DNA of 21,819 nucleotides from Candidatus Parvarchaeum sp. (lineage in GTDB: Archaea > Nanobdellota > Nanobdellia > Parvarchaeales > Parvarchaeaceae): positions 1 through 21,819 of the forward strand of contig JBMFWF010000009.1 in the NCBI GenBank assembly GCA_049965555.1. The letters run 5' to 3'. Both the position numbers and the translations under genes were made by a program. Below are positions 7,781 to 16,319 of this stretch, one piece after another (within the stretch, counting starts at the first letter, position 1; each line of letters starts with the position of its first letter). The notes under the pieces were generated by a model that had not been told where the DNA came from, did not search any database, and saw only the letters and a program-made list of their open reading frames with translations.

Positions 7781-8435
7781 ATATGCCGCCTTTGTCTATC
7801 CTCATAGGAAGCATTGACCTGTCATTGTTTGTTCTTCTCATCTTAACTATCTGCATGCTCCTATCAAAATCGCCACCTAATCCTGTATAGAAAAGCTTTA
7901 TGACTGCGTCTGAAAGGTATTCGCCACTGAAATAAAGCGTGTCACTATCGGAAACCTGCGGCTGTTCATCGGTAACTATCGCAGTTACCTTGAACTTTTT
8001 AAGTTCGGTAACAAGATCAAGCATAAATTTCCTGAATTTGCCTCTATCTTCCATGTACATGGATATAGCTGACAAAGAATCGATCACTACCCTGGAAACT
8101 TTATTTTCCTGGATTATATCAAGTATCCCCAGATATTCAAAATTTATCGGTGAATTAAATGAAAGCAGCAGCTTTTTGTTAGAAACGAAATTCCTTACGT
8201 CATTTAAACCTATTGCCTCCATATCAAGTATTAAATCATCGACGTTTTCTTCAAATGACATCAGAAGGCATGTTTCTCCCCTTTTCAAGCCCTCATATAA
8301 AAACGACATTCCAAGCAGCGACTTCCCAGATCCGGGACCACCCAACAGGCTTATTACAGAACCGGCTTCAAATCCGCCCTCTATCTTTTCATCGAGGCCG
8401 TGTACACCGGTGGGTATCCTTTTTATTTCTGCCAT
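7770..8435 (-). CDS. Single-domain KaiC-like / RAD55-family RecA-superfamily ATPase
   Basis: RIPTGVHGLD..IEGGF, Walker A GGPGSGKS, catalytic SFEE, Walker B RVVIDS, EYLSDAVIKL and arginine-finger region IVKMR. Overlaps the V4R start by 11 nt. Confidence 0.93.
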   Translation of the reverse strand: MAEIKRIPTGVHGLDEKIEGGFEAGSVISLLGGPGSGKSLLGMSFLYEGLKRGETCLLMSFEENVDDLILDMEAIGLNDVRNFVSNKKLLLSFNSPINFEYLGILDIIQENKVSRVVIDSLSAISMYMEDRGKFRKFMLDLVTELKKFKVTAIVTDEQPQVSDSDTLYFSGEYLSDAVIKLFYTGLGGDFDRSMQIVKMRRTNNDRSMLPMRIDKGGIYVK

Positions 8436-8469
8436 AGTAATTACTATGTAATAATATAGAAAACTGTAT

Positions 8470-8483
8470 TTAATAAACTTTTG
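8470..8483 (-). promoter_or_regulatory. BRE/TATA promoter of the kaiC-V4R-ligase operon
   Basis: Minus strand CAAAAG-TTTATTAA, 34 nt upstream of the ATG at 8435. Confidence 0.55.
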
Positions 8484-8495
8484 TATTTTTATATT

Positions 8496-9419
8496 TTAAG
8501 AGAAATCAACCATCTTTCTTTGTTGTTTTTCTTCTTTTTCTCTATCCGGTAGATTTTTTACATTGCTCTTCTCAAATAGATCTTTTATCCCTTCTAATCC
8601 TACAGGCGTAGGTATACTGAATCCTTTGCTATCCGTTGGTATAAATATCATTAGATTTTTACCGCTTAGGCTTATTTCATACATCATGTTAAGTGACCTA
8701 AGCTGCATTGCAAACAAGTCTTTCTTATACTTAGAGCTTGCCTCTATAATTTTATCGGCAGCAAGGGATTCGCTCTCTGCTAATTTTACTCTCGCCTGTT
8801 TTTCTCTGTCAGCTACTGCCACCCTAGCCATTGCATCCTTCAAGTCAGGGATATGCTTACATCTCATATTTCAACAGAAATTGCCTCTATTCCCCAGTCT
8901 GCTACTCTGTCTTGAATCAGATTTTTTACATCTTTCCCGATTACGTCCCTGCCGGCAAGCATCTCTGACAATTCAGTCTTGCCTATAATGTCTCTTAAAG
9001 CAGTCTGTGCTGCCAATTGGACAGAATCCCTATATATTTGAACATTCAAAACGGCATTCTCTGAGTTTATAACCTTCCAGAAAAGAAGTGCATCTACATC
9101 AACTGGAACATTATCTTTTGTAAGCGTCTTCTCCGCCTTGAAAATAGTATTTATTACACGCAAATCCAAAGTTATTGGAGTAGTCTGTACAAAAGGTATT
9201 AGTATGCTCCATTATACCGACATATTTTCCAAAAGAAAGGGCTGCTTTTCTGTTCCATTGATTAACTATCCTAATAGCAGCAACTAAAAATACAATGAAA
9301 AGAAATACTGCAACCACTATCTCCACATATAAATTTGCAATTGAAAACAGGTAACCTACAACTGCAGGAATAATAATTACAAATAGTATGCCCAAAGCAT
9401 CGCCATTAAAATTTTTCAT
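8496..9419 (-). pseudogene. SPFH/band-7 (stomatin/slipin) family pseudogene in three fragments
   Basis: Continuous stomatin motifs across three ORFs: IRIVNQW.R.....GKY, LDLRV, LTKDNVPVDVDA, AQTALRDIIG, WGIEAISVEI, DAMARVAVADREKQAR and AMQLR. Lesions: a frameshifting deletion at about 9206 that removes the PGL motif, an in-frame TGA at 8864-8866 replacing R of EIRDV, and a -1 frameshift at about 8848-8851. Confidence 0.9.
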
Positions 9420-9510
9420 ATCCGCAGCCAGGATTATTAATCAAAACTCTTGGTTAAATGTTTTTTATCAGCAATTAAAGTAATAAATAGAACAGATTAT
9501 TAAAAATGAT

Positions 9511-10014
9511 ATGAAAGGGATTTTTCCTATAAATATAAAGATAGGCCAGATACATGGAGTAATTTCAATACTTAAAGAGCACGATGGCAAAATCTCCTTG
9601 CAGGAGCTTTCGGATGAGGCATTAGAGCAAGCAGATGATCTTGTAGACATACTCCAAGCCTGTAAACTTTTAGGATTCATAAAAATAGACAAGGGGGAAA
9701 TAAAACTAAATATGAAACTCCGAGAAAAGAACTTCCATGAGATAAACGCGGAGATAAAAAAGAACTTGTTGAAAATGGAACCATTCTTAGAAATAATAAA
9801 GACTATAAGAAAAAACAAAAATTTAACTACTACTGAACTATTTCAGTACCTAATAAAAAAAGGAGTAATAACATACAGGGATAATATATCGGGCATAGCT
9901 GCTTTTAAAAGAGACCTGCTTGTAATAGGAATAAGACTAAATATTCTTGCCTATGATCATGAAAATGACATTTGGAAAATAGCAAGCAAAAAAGATCTAC
10001 TCAACAAAGATTGA
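9511..10014 (+). CDS. Stand-alone AAA_assoc_C (winged-helix-like) domain protein associated with NitT/TauT ABC ATPases
   Basis: P.....GQIHGVI..L....GK..L.EL.......DDL..IL.A.KLLGF..I..GEI.L pattern of the C-terminal AAA-associated domain. Adjacent to the cognate ATPase with an 18-nt convergent overlap. Confidence 0.75.
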   Translation: MKGIFPINIKIGQIHGVISILKEHDGKISLQELSDEALEQADDLVDILQACKLLGFIKIDKGEIKLNMKLREKNFHEINAEIKKNLLKMEPFLEIIKTIRKNKNLTTTELFQYLIKKGVITYRDNISGIAAFKRDLLVIGIRLNILAYDHENDIWKIASKKDLLNKD

Positions 10015-10743
10015 GTATATCTCGTTTACTTTCTTTCTAAATTCTCTGCTGCCTCTATCTCTCGGCCGCTTTATATTTATGTCTAATACTTTTTTTACAA
10101 CGGCAGGTTTATTTGACAGAACTATTATTTTATCAGACATCTCAACTGCCTCTTCTATATTATGAGATACCATCACAATTGCTTTTGGAAGGGTTTTTTT
10201 GTCTTTTAAAACCTCAACGACGGTTTTACGGAGGCTGTTTGCAGTAAGTTCATCCAATGAGCTAAAAGGTTCATCCATTAGAAGAAGCGCGGGATTTGAC
10301 ACCAGAGCACGAGCAAGCCCAACCCTCTGCTTCATCCCCCCGCTTAAAAGGTTTGGGTAAGCGTCTTCAAAGCCTTTCAATTCCAGTTTATAAAGCATCT
10401 CCAATGCGGTCTTCTCTCTTTCCTCTTCCGTCATGGGCTTTGAAGCAAGCCCTATCTTCACATTTTCTAGGTTTGATAGCCAAGGCAGAAGCGCAAAATC
10501 TTGAAAAACGAATGAGATACTATCAGAAGGCCCGTTTATTTTCTTTCCTGCTAGCACTACTCTTCCACGGTCTGCATTTATCAATCCTGCTATTATCCTT
10601 AGAAGAGTGCTTTTTCCGCAGCCCGAAGGGCCAATTATAGAAATGAACTCTAATTCATTTGCTGAAAATGATATGCCGTCTAATACTGTTAAGCCGCTTT
10701 TGGGATAAGTAAATTTTATTTTCTCAATGTTTAGGAATGCCAT
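9997..10743 (-). CDS. NitT/TauT-family (nitrate/sulfonate/bicarbonate) ABC transporter ATPase
   Basis: Walker A GPSGCGKS, Q-loop FVFQDFALLPW, signature LSGGMKQR, Walker B LLMDEPFSSLD, H-loop VSHNIEEAV and RPRDR tail. Confidence 0.95.
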   Translation of the reverse strand: MAFLNIEKIKFTYPKSGLTVLDGISFSANELEFISIIGPSGCGKSTLLRIIAGLINADRGRVVLAGKKINGPSDSISFVFQDFALLPWLSNLENVKIGLASKPMTEEEREKTALEMLYKLELKGFEDAYPNLLSGGMKQRVGLARALVSNPALLLMDEPFSSLDELTANSLRKTVVEVLKDKKTLPKAIVMVSHNIEEAVEMSDKIIVLSNKPAVVKKVLDINIKRPRDRGSREFRKKVNEIYSIFVE

Positions 10744-10745
10744 AA

Positions 10746-12245
10746 CTATGAATAAACTGAATTTACTCTGTTATATAGCCTACGCCAGACGAAATAGTTT
10801 ACAATAATTATCATCGCAACCATATTTGCAAGAAGAACGCCCATCAAAAGTAGATTATTATTGGCCAAAGCTACGTTTAATGCCTTTCCCATGCCTATAG
10901 AAACTGAAGTTATGATTTTACCGCTGCCTGCAGAGAAATACTCTGCTACTATGCTTGCATTCCACTCCGCAGCTATCCCTGTTACTGCCCCGGTTATAAC
11001 TCCTGGCATAATTGCCTTTAAGTATATCTTCTTCCACGCAACTATCCCATTAAGATGAAAAATTTTTTTAACCTCGTTTATGCTTTCCGGCAGGTATTTT
11101 GTAGTCGCAACTATGCTGAAAATAACGTACCATAGACCACTTAAAAAGTAAATTATAAACGCGAGCAATTCAGAGTTTCCGTACACTAATTCTGCTATTG
11201 CTGGAAGGAGTATAGTTGCAGGTATGGATGCAAATATCTGAAATAAAAGAAGATACCTTTTTGTCCTGTTTGAAAGGAACACTACCTTTATGCTCAAAGG
11301 AATTGAAACAGCCATTATTGCAATAAAAGCACCCCATACCCTTAAAAATGAAAATGCTAATGACAGAAGAGAATAACCTTCGTAGCCGACAAGTTTGCTT
11401 AACAATTGTAGATTTACAAAGGGAATCACTTTGTAGATTATAAAACCAATGATGGATCCAATTATCACATAAAAAATTACATTTCCTATTAAAACTAATT
11501 TATACTTGATTTTCTCGTTTAGCATTGCTCTTTTGCCGCTGAAATAATTGAATGTAAAGATATCCCTTCTTCTTTTCTTATAGTCTTTCAGATAATATCT
11601 ATTTGCAAACTTATCAAATCTTTCAAATAAAAGTAAGCGGGTTGCAATAACGAATAAAACAAATATTATTATAGAATAAATGTAAAGGTAAAAGTTGCCG
11701 GTTGCGGCAGCCTTTACAAATTCGACCCCTATCCCATGCTTAACTGCATAGTTCTTTGTCCCTGCTGAGAATATTTCACTTGTAACCAAGTAAAAAAGCC
11801 CAATTGCCCATGATAAGCTCATTTGCTCCGACATCCTCGGAAGTGCCGCCGGTATAAATATTTTCCTAAGTCTCTGATAAAGATTAAGCTTGTATATCCT
11901 CGCCATATCAAAGTATTCGGATGGCAATGAGATTATCGCCTGGTAAACTCCGAAAATGATGTTCCATAGCATGCTTGTTACTATCAGGAATATGACTGCA
12001 GCGTTTACTCCTATTGAACCTGGGAGGTAAAAAACAAATAGATATATAGCAAATGGGAAGAATGCAAGTATCGGCAGGGTCTGTAGTATATCAACAATAG
12101 GCATTAGGATTTTGTTCAATTTTTTGGACCTTGCTGCAGCTATCCCTGTAAATAATGCGATTATCATAGAAATAAAAAGGGCTATAAGCATCCTTGCCCA
12201 AGAATACATAGTGTCTAATATGACCGAAAAAACCAGCTCTAACAT
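10746..12245 (-). CDS. ABC anion transporter permease with duplicated BPD_transp_1 domain (COG4986 type)
   Basis: Two homologous halves: SWARM...DILQTLPIL...LWNIIF...SWAIG and SFLRV...QIFASIPAT...LWYVIF...AEWNASIVAEY. Ends 2 nt before the ATPase start. Confidence 0.9.
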   Translation of the reverse strand: MLELVFSVILDTMYSWARMLIALFISMIIALFTGIAAARSKKLNKILMPIVDILQTLPILAFFPFAIYLFVFYLPGSIGVNAAVIFLIVTSMLWNIIFGVYQAIISLPSEYFDMARIYKLNLYQRLRKIFIPAALPRMSEQMSLSWAIGLFYLVTSEIFSAGTKNYAVKHGIGVEFVKAAATGNFYLYIYSIIIFVLFVIATRLLLFERFDKFANRYYLKDYKKRRRDIFTFNYFSGKRAMLNEKIKYKLVLIGNVIFYVIIGSIIGFIIYKVIPFVNLQLLSKLVGYEGYSLLSLAFSFLRVWGAFIAIMAVSIPLSIKVVFLSNRTKRYLLLFQIFASIPATILLPAIAELVYGNSELLAFIIYFLSGLWYVIFSIVATTKYLPESINEVKKIFHLNGIVAWKKIYLKAIMPGVITGAVTGIAAEWNASIVAEYFSAGSGKIITSVSIGMGKALNVALANNNLLLMGVLLANMVAMIIIVNYFVWRRLYNRVNSVYS

Positions 12246-12278
12246 ACAAGAATATGCCGATTTTAGGTTAAATTCCTT

Positions 12279-13058
12279 TTATTTTTTAAAGTGATTCCTT
12301 CTGAGCACAAGAGGGCCGTTGTCTATCCAGTACTTAACACCATTATCAGAGACTACGTATCTTTGCCCATCTTTTAATGGCTGGGCTACATTTGAAAGCC
12401 TATCAAGCAAAATTCTTTTTCCTTTCCTGTCTTTCAATTCTAACCAGCAGTGCTCGGCTTTCTCTCCGTCTTTTTCAACTATTCCCATAACGTAAAACGG
12501 CTTTAGACCAGTTCTTCTTTTTTCCTTATCAAGCAAAACACTTAGAGCAATAGCAAATTCATGACATAGAAAATGGCCATGAATTAATGAATAATCCGTA
12601 CTAATTGCCTTTCCACTACGCTTATCATTTCCTTCAAGATACAGCAAGTCTTCATTGGTCATTAACCCTTTCTCCTTGCTGTAATTGTCAGTATACTCTA
12701 CCAGGCGATAGTACATCTGTACATAAAAAGAATCCGCTATTGCTAAGGCCCTTTCCAGCCCATTTTTATTTGCAGCTGCATTTTTTGCAATCTTGTAAAT
12801 TTCATTGAAATATGGAGATTTATCCAATTCTTTGTTAATGTATATACCGTAGATATCTGAAAGAAAACGCTTTGTAAATCTGCCTTTATATATTTCAGGA
12901 GATATTTCTTCGGTCAATCCTGCATTCAATACTATATCTCCATTTTTAATCTTATTTGGGTACTTTAAGACAATCTTATATTTCTCTAATTCACTTAAGT
13001 TTATTTCCAGGCTTTTGTATTTTCTTTTTTTAAGGTCGTATGACAGCTTTATAGCCAT
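12279..13058 (-). CDS. Transglutaminase-like (papain-fold) cysteine enzyme
   Basis: Ordered Cys-His-Asp triad: GHFLCHEFAIALSVLL, EHCWLEL and ILLD. No signal peptide. TTTTATAT box about 24 nt upstream of the ATG. Confidence 0.8.
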   Translation of the reverse strand: MAIKLSYDLKKRKYKSLEINLSELEKYKIVLKYPNKIKNGDIVLNAGLTEEISPEIYKGRFTKRFLSDIYGIYINKELDKSPYFNEIYKIAKNAAANKNGLERALAIADSFYVQMYYRLVEYTDNYSKEKGLMTNEDLLYLEGNDKRSGKAISTDYSLIHGHFLCHEFAIALSVLLDKEKRRTGLKPFYVMGIVEKDGEKAEHCWLELKDRKGKRILLDRLSNVAQPLKDGQRYVVSDNGVKYWIDNGPLVLRRNHFKK

Positions 13059-13100
13059 TTATAACTATAGAAAAAGGGTAATATATAAAATTTTAATTAA

Positions 13101-14387
13101 TCAAACTTTGTTTCCGAAATCTCTTATTTTATGCCCGTCTACATACGCTCTGTTGAATACCAGAATTGAAGATAATGTAAAGAGTATGCTTAATATGAAG
13201 GTAAATATATATCCAAGATAAAGAGACAAAAAGCCAGAAGATATTGCGCCTAATACGCCTGATAAACCTATTATTGCAGACCACACTCCTATGTAATGGG
13301 CTTCCATTTTTCCGACTATATTTACGTAAATTATTACAGAAGCAGAGATATTCCAAAGTGCATATCCTAATCCTGCTATAAAGTAAGAAAACAGATTAAG
13401 ATAGAAAACAGCAGTCAATGAAATAATTGATATTATTGCAATCAGATAACCTGCTGACCTTACAATAGTTGAAAGCCTATAATATTTCCTTAAAGTATTC
13501 TTTGCTTTCCCAAGCATGAAAACTAAGTATATGACTATCTGGCCGAAGCCATTAAGCATGTTTATAAGAAATATTTCTGAATAGGAAATCTTATATGAAT
13601 AAAGAAATGGGATGTAGGAGGTATTAAAAAGGTAGATCCCAAAATTTACAAGAGCAATAGCGGCAAATATGGTCATTATCCTTATTGTCTTTTTCCTTTT
13701 CCTCATCTCTGCAATCTGAATTATAAGATGGTGGCCTGCAAGTATCTGAGGGAACTTGCTTATAGCATTGAACATTGGAAACATTCTATGCAGATGCTTT
13801 TCCTTGTCTTCTTTAATTCTTTGTTTTTCTTCCTTTACGAAAAAGATTGTAAATAACAATGATGCTATGTTGAATGCAAACAGTATTAATAAGTACCTTG
13901 CAATTACATCACTGAAAAGCAGTACCCCTGGCAGATACCCTATAAGGTTGCCTATTATGCTCATCAACCCATATATTCCGTAATAGGATCTTAATACTGT
14001 CTTTTTCCTCCTGTTCATTATCAGCATGTTTATGGCTGGGGAAGAAGCAGTTAGTATAAAAGCATAGGCTGCATAGATTATGACAGCCAGCAATATGCTA
14101 TGCAATAGGTACAAAAGCACTATTAATGGTATAACACCAATAACTGAGAGCATTATGAAAAATTTTATCTTTTTAAGGCGCTGTGTAAGCTCTCCCCAGA
14201 ATAATGAAGCAGGTATTACAGCGAGCGAATAAGCAGTTGTTGCAAGGCTTACATCAACTACATTTCCATGCAATTCCAATATGTATAAAGGGATGATAAC
14301 GCTGAAACCCGATGATATAGCAGCAATTGGGAATATAACTGAAAGCCAGTACTTATCTTTTTCCATATGATATCCAAAATTATACAT
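13101..14387 (-). CDS. Major facilitator superfamily transporter
   Basis: 428 aa, 12 TM segments in 6+6, motif-A-like WGELTQRLKKIK and a long basic central loop. The start could be 14366 (MEKDKY). Confidence 0.88.
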   Translation of the reverse strand: MYNFGYHMEKDKYWLSVIFPIAAISSGFSVIIPLYILELHGNVVDVSLATTAYSLAVIPASLFWGELTQRLKKIKFFIMLSVIGVIPLIVLLYLLHSILLAVIIYAAYAFILTASSPAINMLIMNRRKKTVLRSYYGIYGLMSIIGNLIGYLPGVLLFSDVIARYLLILFAFNIASLLFTIFFVKEEKQRIKEDKEKHLHRMFPMFNAISKFPQILAGHHLIIQIAEMRKRKKTIRIMTIFAAIALVNFGIYLFNTSYIPFLYSYKISYSEIFLINMLNGFGQIVIYLVFMLGKAKNTLRKYYRLSTIVRSAGYLIAIISIISLTAVFYLNLFSYFIAGLGYALWNISASVIIYVNIVGKMEAHYIGVWSAIIGLSGVLGAISSGFLSLYLGYIFTFILSILFTLSSILVFNRAYVDGHKIRDFGNKV

Positions 14388-14501
14388 GATTAGGTATTAA
14401 ATTTTTAGGTTTTGTTATATTTAATGGATATAGAATAGTTTTGCTCTTTTTAAGCAATACCAAAACGCAAGTAATTAAAGCATGTCTTTTCTAATATAAT
14501 T

Positions 14502-15851
14502 ATGCCTGACTTTCAAAACCAAGAAAAAGCTGGAACAGCCGATATTACAGTAAAAAAAGAAAGGCTTAACAAAATAAAAAAAGTCATGACAGAAGTGAAG
14601 AGGCATTTTATACCTTTTAATGATTTGGTAAAAACGCCTGCATCTTTGAAATACCCTGATTACAACTTAATGTGGAATAGGGATGCTGCGTATTCTTCTT
14701 ATTATATTACAGAATTTATAGGAAACGCCAAAAAAAGCCCTCTGTATGAGTTATTAAGCGAGGAAATTGATGAATTAGAGGTTTTAAATGGAAAACTTAT
14801 AGCAACGCTTTGGGAAAACTTAGATTCTGAAGCAAAAAAGATAAAGATGAATGGTTATGAAACGGACATATCAAAATTAGAGTCAAAATTAGGTGATAAC
14901 CACATATTATCAAGATTTGATGTCGATGAAAATGGAGTAAAGAGAGCTGAAAACGATAAAAAGGAGGGAAAGACAACAAGAAGCTGGACTATGCAGTATG
15001 ATTCCGCCCCTTTAGTAATTATGGCTACTGAAAAGTATATTCAAGAATTTGGTTTAGAAGGTTTAAAAGATACAAGCAAAAAAATTGCAAAGAACCTTGA
15101 TTTCTTGGTGAATTATATGTATAATTTCCATAAAACTCCGTGCGCAGACGCATGGGAGCAATACTACTTTTATGACAGAGATAACACTTTGAATGGTCAA
15201 AATTACGTGGGCAAAACCATTGATTCCTATACTGTGTCTTCTCTTTACAAGGGGATAAAAAGCGCAAAGGAAATTGCAAAAACTTTGGATATTAAATTAA
15301 CAAATGTTGATGAATCAGAGATATCTAATTTTTTAAAGGAGAATTTCATTGTAAATGATGAAAAAAGAGGGGCTTTTCTTGCGAAGTCGAAAATAGAATA
15401 CGGTGAAACCATGCCAAGCGTAGGGGCAGAGGAAATTGAGATATTCAATACGTTTAAGCCGGGTGGAATAGAAGCTATGGAAGAGAATACTGTAAATGTG
15501 ATAGAAAGCGAACTTTTCCACGGGGATTACCTGCCGATAAGATATAGGTTTTTTGGGAAATACCGCGGCATAATAGACACCTATTTTGGCAGAGGCTCTT
15601 GGTTTCATTTGGGTCTTCAATATGCTATGTACCTTATGAAAAGAGGCAGGAAAGAGCAAGCGGAAACGATAATAAACTATGTAGAAAGCAAAATAGAAGA
15701 AGACGGATCAATTCCGGAACAAGAGATTTATGATAGAAACAGAGTAAATGACGCAAATGGCTTCTTTGAAAGGAACGGCAATTCAACAATAAAGTGTCTT
15801 TTTTGGGCGGAAACCGCTTACCTTGCCGCTGTCTCCGAATTGATAAATTAA
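14502..15851 (+). CDS. Glycoside hydrolase family 15 (glucoamylase/trehalase-like), cytoplasmic
   Basis: YNLMWNRDAAY (W-x-RD), QYDS, DAWEQ (for DLWEE, catalytic acid retained), W in GSWF, IPEQ (catalytic base) and LFWAETAY (for L-x-WSHA). Confidence 0.85.
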   Translation: MPDFQNQEKAGTADITVKKERLNKIKKVMTEVKRHFIPFNDLVKTPASLKYPDYNLMWNRDAAYSSYYITEFIGNAKKSPLYELLSEEIDELEVLNGKLIATLWENLDSEAKKIKMNGYETDISKLESKLGDNHILSRFDVDENGVKRAENDKKEGKTTRSWTMQYDSAPLVIMATEKYIQEFGLEGLKDTSKKIAKNLDFLVNYMYNFHKTPCADAWEQYYFYDRDNTLNGQNYVGKTIDSYTVSSLYKGIKSAKEIAKTLDIKLTNVDESEISNFLKENFIVNDEKRGAFLAKSKIEYGETMPSVGAEEIEIFNTFKPGGIEAMEENTVNVIESELFHGDYLPIRYRFFGKYRGIIDTYFGRGSWFHLGLQYAMYLMKRGRKEQAETIINYVESKIEEDGSIPEQEIYDRNRVNDANGFFERNGNSTIKCLFWAETAYLAAVSELIN

Positions 15852-15883
15852 TTTAAACTACAAAATGCCTTTTATAAGTATAT

Positions 15884-16318
15884 ATGATAAAAAGCCAAAG
15901 AATACTGATAGGCTTTGATGGTTCTGAATACTCAAAAAAAGCTGTTGAATATACCATTAATAACTTTGACAAAAAAAGCACAATTTACCTTTTGTATGTA
16001 GAAGAGATGTTTGCTCCTTTGTATCTTTCTAACCCCAGCCTTTTTATAGACGATAGCGTAATTAGAAAAATCAGAGAAAAAACTAGAAATGAACTCAAAC
16101 GCCAAGTAGAAATAATAAAAAAGAAAGGGTTTAAGGCAGAATATGAATACGCTGAAGGCTACCCTCCTAATGAAATAATAAATGAAGCAAAACGTAAAAA
16201 TGTTGATATAATAGTAGTCGGAAGCAGAGGCATGGGAAAGTGGAAGGGCTCTGTCATCGGCTCAGTAAGCCAAGCACTGACTGTAATTAGCAAGTTGCCT
16301 TTACTTATAATAAAGTGA
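15884..16318 (+). CDS. Universal stress protein
   Basis: RILIGFDGSEYSKKA start and ATP-binding motif IVVGSRG-x8-GSVS. Confidence 0.95.
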   Translation: MIKSQRILIGFDGSEYSKKAVEYTINNFDKKSTIYLLYVEEMFAPLYLSNPSLFIDDSVIRKIREKTRNELKRQVEIIKKKGFKAEYEYAEGYPPNEIINEAKRKNVDIIVVGSRGMGKWKGSVIGSVSQALTVISKLPLLIIK

Positions 16319-16319
16319 T

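Noticed and set aside
7770-8435. Circadian clock kaiC, or DNA-repair radA/radB
   Set aside because: Single domain, no kaiA/kaiB nearby and no ST phosphosite pair. It lacks the RadA N-terminal domain, and the SFEE and KMR motifs fit the KaiC/RAD55 family.
8848-9206. Stop-codon recoding or programmed frameshifting in the SPFH gene
   Set aside because: TGA is used as a normal stop elsewhere (MFS, V4R, kaiC, USP). There are three independent lesions, including loss of a conserved motif, and no slippery heptamer at the shift sites.
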